Shown here: one piece after another, positions 54,929 through 64,000 of the stretch
Position numbering within the stretch: position 1 is the first letter of the stretch
Layout: the number at the start of each line of letters is the position of its first letter
Origin: an uncultured archaeon
GTDB taxonomy: Archaea > Nanobdellota > Nanobdellia > Pacearchaeales > GW2011-AR1
Direction: 5' to 3'
Length of the DNA stretch: 64,000 nt
Assembly (NCBI GenBank): GCA_902385655.1
Contig: CABMGO010000006.1
Span: forward strand, 78,499 to 142,498
Position numbers and translations under genes: made by a program
Notes under the pieces: model-generated
Database searches by the model: none
Told to the model about the DNA's origin: nothing
Seen by the model: the letters and a program-made list of their open reading frames with translations, nothing else

Positions 54929-56296
54929 ATGGCTCTAAAAATTTACAATACTCTAACTAGAAAGAAACAAATTTTCAAACCAATTAGTAAAGAACAAGTA
55001 ACCATGTATAACTGCGGACCTACCGTTTATTGGTATCAACATATTGGGAATTTGAAGGCTTACATTTTTGCGGATTTATTAAGAAGAACTTTAGAATTCG
55101 AAGGATACAAAGTAAAACAAGTCATCAATGTCACAGATGTAGGGCATCTAACTTCAGATGCTGATGAGGGAGAAGATAAAATGGAAAAGGCAGCAAAGAA
55201 AGAAGGAAAGACAGCTCAAGAAATTGCAAAATACTATTTTAGTCTTTTTTTACAAGACTTAGCTAAATTAAATATTGAACTACCAAATATATGGTGTAAG
55301 GCAACAGAACATATAAGTGAGCAAATAGAGTTAATCAAAAGGCTTGAGAAAAATGGTTTTACTTATCGTACATCTGATGGAATTTACTATGATACTTCTA
55401 AGTTTAAGAATTACGGAAAGTTAGCTAGACTCAACATTGAAGGACTTGAGGCAGGAAAAAGAATAGACATGCGTGAAAAAAGGAATCCTACTGACTTTGC
55501 ACTTTGGAAATTTTCTTCATCGCAAGAAGGAAAAAGACAACAGGAATGGGATTCTCCTTGGGGAGTAGGTTTTCCAGGGTGGCATATAGAATGTTCAGCA
55601 ATGTCCATGAAGTATTTGGGAGAAACAATAGATATTCATACTGGTGGCGCAGATCATATTCCTATCCATCATACTAACGAGATTGCCCAATCAGAAGCCG
55701 CAACAGGTAAAAAATTTGTAAATTATTGGATGCACGAAGAATTCTTAACATTCAAGGGAGAAAAAGTTAGCAAAAGCAAAGGAGGATTATTCACTATTTC
55801 TGAGCTAGAAGAAAAAGGTTTCTCTCCATTAGTTTACAGATATTTTCTTCTAAACGGAAGTTACAGAAAACAAATTGATTTCAGTTTGGACATTCTCGAA
55901 AATATAAAAAATTCATACACTCGTCTAAAAAATATTTGTCAAAATTTAGTGGACGACGGACAAATTAACGAAAAATATCTTAAGGAATTTAAGAAGGCAA
56001 TGGAAGATGATTTGAACACTCCTAAAGCACTTGCAGTTTTATGGGAACTAGTTAGAGATGAAAAAGCAAAAGGAAAATATCAAACAGTAAAGAAGATGGA
56101 TGAAGTTTTTGGATTGAAACTCTTGGAAAAAGAAATTTTGGAAATTCCTGAGGAAGTAAACAAACTTGCAGAACAGAGAGCAGAAGCAAAGAAGCAAAAG
56201 AATTACAAACTTGCCGATGAGCTAAGAGAAAAGGTTAATAAACTCGGGTTTTTGATTAATGATACTAAAGAAGGATACGAAATAAAAAAACAATGA
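54929..56296 (+). CDS. cysS: cysteine--tRNA ligase
   Basis: MYNCGPTVYWYQHIGNL (HIGH region), GWHIECSAM, and KVSKSKG (KMSKS). Confidence 0.93.
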   Translation: MALKIYNTLTRKKQIFKPISKEQVTMYNCGPTVYWYQHIGNLKAYIFADLLRRTLEFEGYKVKQVINVTDVGHLTSDADEGEDKMEKAAKKEGKTAQEIAKYYFSLFLQDLAKLNIELPNIWCKATEHISEQIELIKRLEKNGFTYRTSDGIYYDTSKFKNYGKLARLNIEGLEAGKRIDMREKRNPTDFALWKFSSSQEGKRQQEWDSPWGVGFPGWHIECSAMSMKYLGETIDIHTGGADHIPIHHTNEIAQSEAATGKKFVNYWMHEEFLTFKGEKVSKSKGGLFTISELEEKGFSPLVYRYFLLNGSYRKQIDFSLDILENIKNSYTRLKNICQNLVDDGQINEKYLKEFKKAMEDDLNTPKALAVLWELVRDEKAKGKYQTVKKMDEVFGLKLLEKEILEIPEEVNKLAEQRAEAKKQKNYKLADELREKVNKLGFLINDTKEGYEIKKQ

Positions 56297-56703
56297 GCGA
56301 CTGTATATTTTGTCAAATAGTTGAAGGAAAGATCCCAAGTGTAAAAATCTGGGAAGATAATGAGCATATTGCTATCTTAGATGCATTCCCAACAACAGAA
56401 GGGATGGTAGTAGTTATTCCTAAAAAGCATTTTGATTCAAATGTATTTGACATGCCTAGAGTTGAGTACAAAAATTTTATGCTCGCAACAAAAAAAGCTG
56501 CAAAATTTCTCGAAAGAGGATTAAGAGCTGACAAGGTCTTTATGGTCGCAGAAGGTCTTGATGTAAATCATGCACACATTAAGTTATATCCTTATTTTAA
56601 TAAAAGTCCGGTTTTTCCAAATCTTGGGATAAAATCTGGATCAAATAGATCTATTGAAGAATTGAAGAAAGTTGCAACAAAGATTGTACAAAATAACAAG
56701 TAA
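56293..56703 (+). CDS. HIT family hydrolase
   Basis: CIFCQI start and the histidine triad NHAHIKLYP. Confidence 0.85.
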   Translation: MSDCIFCQIVEGKIPSVKIWEDNEHIAILDAFPTTEGMVVVIPKKHFDSNVFDMPRVEYKNFMLATKKAAKFLERGLRADKVFMVAEGLDVNHAHIKLYPYFNKSPVFPNLGIKSGSNRSIEELKKVATKIVQNNK

Positions 56704-56748
56704 TTTTCTATCGGAAAAGATATTTAAACCCGCATCGTTTTAACCAAG

Positions 56749-57216
56749 ATGACAATGAAAAAAGAGATAATAAATTTTATAATATCTTCCAAGAAGAAAG
56801 GCTATGCATCCACTAAGGATATCTTTGTTAAATCTTTAGACGGAGGAAAATCTTGTTTTATTCAAAAAGGAAATTTAGTTTATACTGACACATATTTTGG
56901 AAGTAGGATTGATTGTGGCCAAGAAAGAGTTTACGAAGATGGAAAAGTTATTTGGGTGATGGCTTACAGGGGAGGAATAATTAAACTAGAAGAGTTGCAT
57001 AATGAAGCGTTTAACTTTCTAAAAAAATGTATAAGTAAAATGCCAAAAAATTTTCCCGCTCGCGGGCCCCGCTCTTTAAAAGAAGGACCTTGGAAATACG
57101 AAAATATCTGGAAAGGTACTATAAAAAGTTTTACTGGCGAAGAAAATATTTATTACAATGGAGAAAAAATTTGTTTTCGAAATTATTTGGGCGGTTTAAT
57201 TAAAAACAAAGAATAA
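56749..57216 (+). CDS. hypothetical protein
   Basis: 155-aa ORF. The family is not confidently recognised. Confidence 0.6.
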   Translation: MTMKKEIINFIISSKKKGYASTKDIFVKSLDGGKSCFIQKGNLVYTDTYFGSRIDCGQERVYEDGKVIWVMAYRGGIIKLEELHNEAFNFLKKCISKMPKNFPARGPRSLKEGPWKYENIWKGTIKSFTGEENIYYNGEKICFRNYLGGLIKNKE

Positions 57217-57232
57217 AATTCTGACAAACCAC

Positions 57233-57709
57233 TTAATTTTTCTTTCTTATAAAAAGCTTAGACAATTTTCTGTCAAAAAATCTGTCAACTAAAATAAAGA
57301 AAATAATAGAGATTACTACAAGTAATATCTCTTTCTGAATACCGCTAATTGTTTCCAAGACAGAAGCAAGGCTAAAACTAAAAAAGCCTACCAATATCCA
57401 AATAATTCCGCAAAAAATAAGATTTATTGCTAACTCTATAAAGATAAACTTCCTAAATTTGATATGCTCTCCCAAATACATCATCGCAAGAATTGTTCCT
57501 CCCCAAGTTAGCTTTGCGATAATAACTGCTATACTACTTTGTCTATGAACTAATCTTTTTGCTCTTCTATGGGCAAGATTATAAATTTTCTTTCCCCATT
57601 TTCTACTTCTTAAATATTCTAAAATACCTCTCTTTCCCAAATAAAAAAAGAAGCTGTCTATAACAGTCATAGCCAAAAAAATGGCGACGAGTATACCTCT
57701 CAAATCCAT
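57233..57709 (-). CDS. hypothetical membrane protein
   Basis: 158-aa ORF with 4 TM helices. Confidence 0.6.
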   Translation of the reverse strand: MDLRGILVAIFLAMTVIDSFFFYLGKRGILEYLRSRKWGKKIYNLAHRRAKRLVHRQSSIAVIIAKLTWGGTILAMMYLGEHIKFRKFIFIELAINLIFCGIIWILVGFFSFSLASVLETISGIQKEILLVVISIIFFILVDRFFDRKLSKLFIRKKN

Positions 57710-57749
57710 ATTTTATCGAGGAAAAACAACTTTATAAACTCTTTTCATC

Positions 57750-58412
57750 TTGAAAGTACATGACGAGCAATTCGCTTTGAAGAACAAAATGGAAGAAAAA
57801 AATAAATCTGAAATGCAAATTGCGAGAGAATTTGTATATTACTCTCAAAATGCAGTAACCTCTGGAAATATGATCAAAGACGATCTTATGAAAGCTGGAA
57901 GAATGGACATTGCTATAAATGTTTTAATTTCTGCATTTTTTCTTTCGCATGATGTAAGGAAGGATGTAAAATTGCACTTAATTTTTGAAGGACCTCCAAC
58001 CCCTCCTGTTCACATTTTGATTGAGTATGATGAAGACCTTGCGATTTCGAAAAAAGACGTTGCAGGGTTAATAAAAAGAATTTTGTATAAATGTCCTTCT
58101 GAAAAAGGCAAAACTGTTAAAGCTTTTCCCGGATGTTTTGTAGAAAAAAAATCTTTCGAAGCATTAGTGGATGAATTAGACAAGTCTGGAAAAAATGTTT
58201 TTCTTCTAGATAAGAAAGGAACAGACATCCGAGATCTAAAATTGAATGGAAATGAAGTTTTTGTGCTAGGTGACCAAGATGGTTTTCCCGACAGCAAGAG
58301 GCATCTTTTAAAAAGAATAGACAAAATTACCGTTTCACCTAAAATGCTTTTTGCTTCCCAAGTTTTAACAATAGTACATAATGAAATCGATAGAAAAGAG
58401 ATTTCGCAATAA
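57750..58412 (+). CDS. trmY: tRNA (pseudouridine54-N1)-methyltransferase TrmY (SPOUT, DUF358)
   Basis: REFVYYSQNAVTSG..GRMDIAINVLISAFFLSHDVRKD resembles archaeal TrmY. The true start is probably an internal Met. Confidence 0.65.
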   Translation: MKVHDEQFALKNKMEEKNKSEMQIAREFVYYSQNAVTSGNMIKDDLMKAGRMDIAINVLISAFFLSHDVRKDVKLHLIFEGPPTPPVHILIEYDEDLAISKKDVAGLIKRILYKCPSEKGKTVKAFPGCFVEKKSFEALVDELDKSGKNVFLLDKKGTDIRDLKLNGNEVFVLGDQDGFPDSKRHLLKRIDKITVSPKMLFASQVLTIVHNEIDRKEISQ

Positions 58413-58496
58413 TGTTTCTTGGTTTCCAGGGAGCCTTCTTTTGTAAAGAAGGGAGCCTTGTACACAATAAACTTGATCGACAAGAGATTCAGTAAA

Positions 58497-61070
58497 CTAA
58501 AATTCTATTTTCTTAAAGAAACTTCTTTTTGCAATTTCTGCAGAGGCAAAGTAAACTGTTAAAACTATTGCTATCAAAATCCAAACTCCTGAAGAGAGCG
58601 CAGTAAAATTGAAGATTTGCCTTCCAAATGCCCAAATTGTTATAAGGACACAGAACAATATCGAGATCAAAGAAGACATGAGTAAACTTGTCTTAGGTTT
58701 CCCCAGATAAAATGGAAGCTTAGTCCGAATTGCAAAAACAACAATTATTTCTGAAATAGCAGATTCAACAAACCATGCAGTTCTAAATACCTCCGGGCCT
58801 GCCTTGAATACAAGTAACAATGGAATGATTAGCATTAAATCAAAAAAACTGCTTAAAAGCCCGAAGTAAATCATAAAACGAGACAAGAATTTTATATCCC
58901 AACGTTTAGGTTTTATCAAATACTCTTTATCAACATTATCTGCAGGGAGAGTCAAATTAGGGACATCACTTAAAAAGTTATTCAACAAGATTTGAGAAGG
59001 TAACAGAGGTATAAAATTTAAGAATAGAGACGAAGAAGCAACAGTAAACATATTTCCATAATTTGCACTAATAGTATTCGTTATATATTTCGTAACATTT
59101 CCAAAAGTTTTTCTTCCTTCAACAATTCCATTCCCGAGTACTCTAAGGCTTTTATGCAATAAAATTATTTCTGCAGAATCTTTTGCTATATCTGAGGCAG
59201 TGTTTACTGAAATACCCACGTCTGCTGCTCGAAGCGCCGGAGCATCATTTATTCCGTCGCCTAGAAAACCCACAATATGTCCTTCTCTGTTTAGCACTTT
59301 GACAATTCTATATTTCTGCTCAGGAGTCAACCTTACAAAAACATTACATTCTCGGCAATATTTTTCAAAATTCGCATGATCGAGTTTACTTAATTCTTCG
59401 CCAGAAAAAATTTTACCTTTAATGTTAAATCCTACCTCTGAGCAGATTTTTCTAGTCACAATTTCTCCATCTCCCGTCAAAATTTTCAAAGAAACATTTA
59501 ATTTTTCTAAATTTTCTATAGCTTCTTTAGCAGTTTTTTTTGGGGGATCTATAAAAAGTAGTAAACCACAAAGCACTAAACTCGTTTCGATTTCCTTGCC
59601 TTTTTTAGCATTTATGAAGTTTTTCTCTGCAAGTAGAATTACTTTGTAACCTTCATTTTCATAACTCTCGATTTTACTTTTTATCTTTTTCATCAGAGCG
59701 GAAGAAAGCGCTTGATTTTTTCTTTCAAATTTAACATATTTACAAACTCTTAAAATAGATTCTGGAGCTCCCTTAACTATAAGTCTCAAATGTCGATCCT
59801 TTTCGACGATTACGCTCATTCTTTTTCTTTCAAAGTCAAATTCATTTTCTTCAACAATTTTGTACTGGGCAAATTTTTCTGCTAAGTGATGACTTTTACT
59901 ACTTTCCCATATTGCCGAGTCTATAGGATTATTTGCAGAACTTAGTCTGTCTTTTGCTTTTGCATTACAAAGAAGCCCGTCCAAAATTAATTTTTCTTCT
60001 TTTTCTCCATCAAAATTCAAGCCCTCCATAAAACTCATTTTTCCTTCAGTAAGAGTTCCAGTTTTATCAGAGCAAAGTGTGTCTATATTCCCAAAATCTT
60101 CCATAGACGAAAGTCTTTTTATGATAACACTTTCTTTAGCCATCCTCATTGCACCGCGTGATAGTGCTATTGTTATTATTACTGGAAGAATTTCTGGAGT
60201 AACTCCCACTGCCAAGGCAAGTGCAAACAACAATGAATCCAGAAGGGGTTTTTGTAAAAGTGCATTTGCTAAAAATATAAAGATTGTCATAGAAACAACT
60301 ACTTTCATAAGAAGATTACTAAACTTTCTAATTCCTCTTTGGAATTCTTCCTCCGGAACTTTTTTTTCTATATACTTGGCAGTTTTTCCAAAATAGGTTT
60401 TTTCTCCAGTCTCTACAACAATTCCAACACACTTTCCCTGAACAACCGAGGTGCCCATAAAAATAATATTAGAAAGATTTTGTACAGCAACAGACTTAGT
60501 ACTAATTTGTGAAGTTTCTTTTTCGACTGGGAAAGATTCCCCAGTTAGTGCAGATTCATCAACGGAAAGATTTTCAATTTCAATCAGTCTCAGATCTGCA
60601 GGTACTATATCTCCAACTGAAAGATGAATTATGTCTCCTGGCACAACCTCTCGAGAGTCAATTTCGATAACAGCCCCGTTTCTTATTACTCTTGTTTTTC
60701 TGGCGATATATTTCTTAAGCTCCTGTACAGTTTTTTCAGCTCGATATTCTTGTACAAACCCCAAAAGTCCGCTAACTAGAACTATCAAAAGAATTATCAT
60801 TGACTCAGTCTTGCTACCTAAATAATATGCAGTGATTGCCGCAATTAACAAAATTATCATGAACCAGTTTTTGAGCTGGGACGAAATCAACTGCAGGATA
60901 GTTCTTCCCCTATCTTCAGGAATTGTATTCAACCCGTAAATCTTCTGTCTTTTTGTTGCTTCCTCAGAAGTAAGTCCTTGACTTTCAGAGCTTTCAAAAA
61001 TTTTTACAACTTGGTTTGAAGACGTAGTCCAATAATTTTCTTTACCTTCACTCTCTTCGGAAATCACCAT
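58497..61070 (-). CDS. mgtA: magnesium-translocating P-type ATPase (MgtA-like)
   Basis: DKTGTLT and GDGINDAPAL, plus the MgtA-like C-terminal LLPSQILLNNFLSDV..PADNVDKEYLIKPKRWDIKFLSRFMIYFG. Confidence 0.8.
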   Translation of the reverse strand: MVISEESEGKENYWTTSSNQVVKIFESSESQGLTSEEATKRQKIYGLNTIPEDRGRTILQLISSQLKNWFMIILLIAAITAYYLGSKTESMIILLIVLVSGLLGFVQEYRAEKTVQELKKYIARKTRVIRNGAVIEIDSREVVPGDIIHLSVGDIVPADLRLIEIENLSVDESALTGESFPVEKETSQISTKSVAVQNLSNIIFMGTSVVQGKCVGIVVETGEKTYFGKTAKYIEKKVPEEEFQRGIRKFSNLLMKVVVSMTIFIFLANALLQKPLLDSLLFALALAVGVTPEILPVIITIALSRGAMRMAKESVIIKRLSSMEDFGNIDTLCSDKTGTLTEGKMSFMEGLNFDGEKEEKLILDGLLCNAKAKDRLSSANNPIDSAIWESSKSHHLAEKFAQYKIVEENEFDFERKRMSVIVEKDRHLRLIVKGAPESILRVCKYVKFERKNQALSSALMKKIKSKIESYENEGYKVILLAEKNFINAKKGKEIETSLVLCGLLLFIDPPKKTAKEAIENLEKLNVSLKILTGDGEIVTRKICSEVGFNIKGKIFSGEELSKLDHANFEKYCRECNVFVRLTPEQKYRIVKVLNREGHIVGFLGDGINDAPALRAADVGISVNTASDIAKDSAEIILLHKSLRVLGNGIVEGRKTFGNVTKYITNTISANYGNMFTVASSSLFLNFIPLLPSQILLNNFLSDVPNLTLPADNVDKEYLIKPKRWDIKFLSRFMIYFGLLSSFFDLMLIIPLLLVFKAGPEVFRTAWFVESAISEIIVVFAIRTKLPFYLGKPKTSLLMSSLISILFCVLITIWAFGRQIFNFTALSSGVWILIAIVLTVYFASAEIAKRSFFKKIEF

Positions 61071-61147
61071 AAACAGTATTGCACTTTCTTATTTATATTT
61101 ATTACTAATTTCTAAAATTATTTAAGCACTAGATTATTATCTTTTCA

Positions 61148-61558
61148 ATGGATCAAAGATGGATTTTCCTCTCAAGATGTGCAAGAAAGAAAATTGAGAA
61201 ATTTTCATATTCACTTAGAGAAGAGCTTGGAGATTTCTGGCGTTTTACAGAGTTTGTAGATTTTTCCCCAGCAAGACAACCCTTACCAGATTATTCTTTA
61301 GAAAAATGTTTCAAACAAAAACCAAAAATGCGTGATGTAAAATTAGTGATTGGTCAAGAATTTTTCGACGGACCATCAATACGTCTTGCTTTTCGCCACG
61401 TAAATGTTTGGGCAGATTACATTTCTCCGTATTCAGCCGACAGGTATTCTCTCGTTGAAGGAATATTCCAAAAAGTCTTCGAAGTGCCTCTTATTGATTA
61501 CAAACCTCAACACATAATTACCACAATAAATAAAAACCCTATAAGGTTAATTGTCTAA
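61148..61558 (+). CDS. hypothetical protein
   Basis: 136-aa ORF. No family recognised. Confidence 0.5.
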   Translation: MDQRWIFLSRCARKKIEKFSYSLREELGDFWRFTEFVDFSPARQPLPDYSLEKCFKQKPKMRDVKLVIGQEFFDGPSIRLAFRHVNVWADYISPYSADRYSLVEGIFQKVFEVPLIDYKPQHIITTINKNPIRLIV

Positions 61559-61564
61559 GAAAAA

Positions 61565-61846
61565 ATGGTAAAAATAGGTGGAAAATTTTTAATCAAAGGA
61601 ACAGTTCAAGGAGTTTTCTTTAGAAATTTTTGCAAAGAGTCAGCAGACTCACTTAACTTAAAAGGATATGTAAGAAATTTAGAATCTGGAGAAGTCGAAG
61701 TTTACGCAGAAGGCGACAAGGAAAATTTAGCAAAACTTGAAGCAATTCTGAAACAAGGTCCTCCACATGCTCAGATTAGAGAGTTAAAAATTGAAGAAAA
61801 AAAGTGGTCTGGCGAATTTAAGGATTTCAAAGTTATAAGATTTTAA
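61565..61846 (+). CDS. acyP: acylphosphatase
   Basis: GTVQGVFFRNF..LKGYVRNLESGEVEVYAEG pattern, 93 aa. Confidence 0.85.
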   Translation: MVKIGGKFLIKGTVQGVFFRNFCKESADSLNLKGYVRNLESGEVEVYAEGDKENLAKLEAILKQGPPHAQIRELKIEEKKWSGEFKDFKVIRF

Positions 61847-61863
61847 TCTTTCTTCTCTTCTTT

Positions 61864-61925
61864 CGGGCGTTCTGCAAGAATGTCACCGAGAATTGGCTTG
61901 TTCTTGTGCAAGCGAGGGAAAACTT
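61864..61925 (+). repeat. family 2 repeat fragment (same subfamily as the GNAT insert)
   Basis: GGCGTTCTGCAAGAATGTCACCGAGAATTGG..GTGCAAGCGAGGGAAAAC aligns with 53004-53060. It overlaps the 3' end of ORF 61883-62611. Confidence 0.7.
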
Positions 61926-62611
61926 TCCACAAAATAGTCAATAAAAATATCAATGTCCTTTTCTTCTTCTGCTTCTAACAATTTGTCGTATTCTCCCTTT
62001 AACATATCCTGATCATAACCACCACCAAAAGCATCTTGAGCTTCCTTGTAAAGATAATCCGCAATTTTCCTAGCTCCTTTCCAACCTTCTTTATCATAAC
62101 AGAAAAGAATCTTTTCCATAACATTCTGTTTTCTAAATTCTTCACTATATTTCTTTACTTCAGAGTCAGCATGTTTTTCATATTTTTTACTTACTTCATC
62201 ATCAAATGTAGCCATGACGTATTTTTCTTTGTCTAATGCGGCTTGTTGTACGTGAACCATTTCATGAACGACAATAGGCAAGAGTGCTGGCGCGGAAAGA
62301 AATTCTAAGTCCGCTCTGTTAAAGAAAACAATAATTTCCTTACCTTGAGACTCAGTTCCCGAAACAACATCTGAAAAACTCCATACATCTCGGTCATATG
62401 GCATGCCTCCCTCGCCCCTCTCAAGTAAGAAATGTGAAGCAATTATGTTCAAATTCCACCCCTGCGGAGCTGGGAAAAACCCACAAAGTGTCTTTATATT
62501 GTTCCTAAAGTTATCCTTATTCTTGGTCCAAAAATTAGCTCTGTTGTACTTCAACTCTTGCCTTGCTTTCTTTATTTGCCTAAAAAATCGGTCTATATCT
62601 TTTTGTTCCAT
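61883..62611 (-). CDS. hypothetical HExxH (zincin-like) protein; C-terminus encoded by a repeat fragment
   Basis: VVHEMVHVQQ motif. About the last 13 codons (..SLAQEQANSR) plus the stop lie inside 61864-61925. Confidence 0.6.
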   Translation of the reverse strand: MEQKDIDRFFRQIKKARQELKYNRANFWTKNKDNFRNNIKTLCGFFPAPQGWNLNIIASHFLLERGEGGMPYDRDVWSFSDVVSGTESQGKEIIVFFNRADLEFLSAPALLPIVVHEMVHVQQAALDKEKYVMATFDDEVSKKYEKHADSEVKKYSEEFRKQNVMEKILFCYDKEGWKGARKIADYLYKEAQDAFGGGYDQDMLKGEYDKLLEAEEEKDIDIFIDYFVESFPSLAQEQANSR

Positions 62612-62662
62612 GTTATTACCCTAAAATAGCCAAGAAATCAGACTTTTTAAGCCTTTCAAGGC

Positions 62663-63409
62663 CTAATCTATGCTTTTTTCGTTATGCCTAATCTGTTCCA
62701 AAAGTATTCGTTTTGTCCTTTTTGGGTATTTTCTTGCCAAAAATTCAAGTGCCTCTGCCCTAAAATGTGCGGAATGTGGTTCTGCCCGGCTCATAAACTG
62801 AGTATTTGCACCAGAATCATACTTCCATCCCTTTTTCATAAGCCATCTTTCGTGCAACTCATGAATCAAAACATAAGGGACCTCTTTCTTGTAGACATCA
62901 TCATCTATCCAGATCTCATTTTTTGGTATAAATCTGTAAACAAGTTCATGTCCGCCCTGATTAAAGTCAAGATCAAAAAGGTCACGAACATGGTTTCCCC
63001 TTACAATCCAAATATGCAATTTGTCCGTATACTTTGTTAAAATTCTCTTTTTGTGGATTTTTTTATAAGCTTTCGATGTGTGTATATTTTCTGGAACAGA
63101 AGCAAGATATTTTTGTTTCGATCTTTCTCTCTTCTCAACTTTATTAGCTTCCTTAACTGCTTTTTTATACTGCATTCCCTGTTTTCTAAAATTTCTAAAT
63201 GCTAAAAAATAGTCTATCCAATATCTCGCTTCTTTCTTTCCATTTTCATAATCAATCCAGAATTCATTTTCAGGAATATACTTGCATATTTCTTTATAAC
63301 CAAAATTTGGAAACTGTTTATCTAAATTGTGTCTAATCCAATATCCAGAAACATAAAAAACATCGATGCCAGAAAATGAACCAATTTTTTTCAAATAAGG
63401 CCTCTTCAT
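62663..63409 (-). CDS. hypothetical protein with two tandem copies of a ~60-aa domain, the second ending in HELHE
   Basis: The internal repeat VFYVSGYWIRHNLD..YIPENEFWIDYE..ARYWIDYF aligns with IWIVRGNHVRDLFD..FIPKNEIWIDDD..VPYVLIHELHERW. Confidence 0.6.
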   Translation of the reverse strand: MKRPYLKKIGSFSGIDVFYVSGYWIRHNLDKQFPNFGYKEICKYIPENEFWIDYENGKKEARYWIDYFLAFRNFRKQGMQYKKAVKEANKVEKRERSKQKYLASVPENIHTSKAYKKIHKKRILTKYTDKLHIWIVRGNHVRDLFDLDFNQGGHELVYRFIPKNEIWIDDDVYKKEVPYVLIHELHERWLMKKGWKYDSGANTQFMSRAEPHSAHFRAEALEFLARKYPKRTKRILLEQIRHNEKSID

Positions 63410-63443
63410 GAAATAATAAAATAACCTCTATTTATATTAGTTT

Positions 63444-63498
63444 CCCTCTGCATAGAGGGACACTTTAAAATGGAAGGTCTTCAATGCAGGAAAAGTGT
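63444..63498 (+). repeat. family 2 structured repeat, short form
   Basis: CCCTCTGCATAGAGGG-ACACTTTAAAATGG..CAATGCAGGAAAAGTGT. Confidence 0.8.
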
Positions 63499-63599
63499 GC
63501 ATAGAATTTTTTTCGACTAAAACTTTTATCTAAAATTAATGTCACTAAAAAGTTATAACAATTAGAAAGGTTTTTAAGGTTATTTTTGTTGCGTTTTGT

Positions 63600-64000
63600 A
63601 TGCCGAATTTAGAAAAAACATTAGCAGAAATTGAAGTTCTATCTGGAGAACTATTTCACAGGTATTCCAGCGCGAAAGGCGCAGAGGGTTTTTTCCGATT
63701 TCACAAATCTCTTGATGGAATAAAAAAAGATTCGCAGTTAGTTTACAAAAAATGTACTGAAACTTATCATGCATTAAAGAAAGAAGATTTACTTTCTGCA
63801 AGCTCAGCATTTTCTGAAATGGCTCTGGACGCAAAAAATCTTGCAGATAATTTAAACATTTTTATGCAAACAATATATGGGAACTATAATGGAAATTTGA
63901 AATCATTGGAAGCCAACTCTCAAACTGCTCCCAGAGTCGAAGGTGAAAAGACTCTTTACCAGCTTTTTACAGAAACTCATGACAGTTCTAAAGAGAGTTT
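63600..64000 (+). CDS. hypothetical protein, N-terminal part (runs off the window end)
   Basis: My translation from ATG 63600 is MPNLEKTLAEIEVLSGELFHRYSSAKGAEG.., open to the window end (133 codons). Preferred over the antisense 84-aa ORF 63580-63834. Confidence 0.55.
   Translation, partial: MPNLEKTLAEIEVLSGELFHRYSSAKGAEGFFRFHKSLDGIKKDSQLVYKKCTETYHALKKEDLLSASSAFSEMALDAKNLADNLNIFMQTIYGNYNGNLKSLEANSQTAPRVEGEKTLYQLFTETHDSSKES

Noticed and set aside
63580-63834. An 84-aa minus-strand ORF.
   Set aside because: It overlaps a longer plus-strand ORF that stays open from 63600 to the window end and has a more protein-like composition. The minus ORF is rich in Leu, Phe and Gln and has no upstream signal.

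Overview
AT-rich, gene-dense archaeal chromosome segment that looks like a small-genome DPANN-type archaeon. This lineage call is inferred from gene content and short rRNAs; no search was run.

Core content:
- Minus-strand ribosomal protein operon eS4-uL24-uL14-uS17-aSUI1-uL29-uS3-uL22-uS19-uL2-uL23-uL4-uL3.
- Other conserved clusters: uL1-uL10-P1, SecE-Spt5-uL11, eL43-RpoP-prefoldin beta, and Pop5-PsmA-SBDS.
- Single genes: FtsZ and SepF, aIF5A, eL40, RNase J, CysRS, TrmY, Taw1.
- A 16S-tRNAAla-23S operon with no linked 5S, RNase P RNA, and four tRNA genes (Ser with an intron, Pro, Ala, Phe).
- Envelope genes: an S-layer protein, an N-glycosylated surface protein next to an archaeosortase-like gene, a 1001-aa subtilase with a CUB-like insert, and pilin-like proteins.

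The most unusual signal is non-coding. Every tRNA gene I can find (4 of 4) is followed by a roughly 90-100 nt cassette. The cassette has a T-arm-like hairpin, a conserved core with a covariation-supported helix, and then an exact re-copy of the last 12-20 nt of that same tRNA, about 101-113 nt downstream. Three further solo core copies exist. I cannot match this to a canonical BHB intron, an att pair of a normal integrated element, a C/D box sRNA or a hammerhead.

A second, unrelated hairpin-rich repeat family has six copies. One is an in-frame, stop-free 102-nt insertion in a GNAT acetyltransferase gene, and one supplies the C-terminus and stop codon of another ORF.

Other observations:
- A shared ~42-nt motif in the leaders of the uL3 operon and the SBDS gene.
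- An RGG/zinc-ribbon plus RRM gene pair beside the rRNA operon.
- Low-complexity tails on uL22 and uL11.

All calls come from reading the sequence and the ORF track. No database search was possible.
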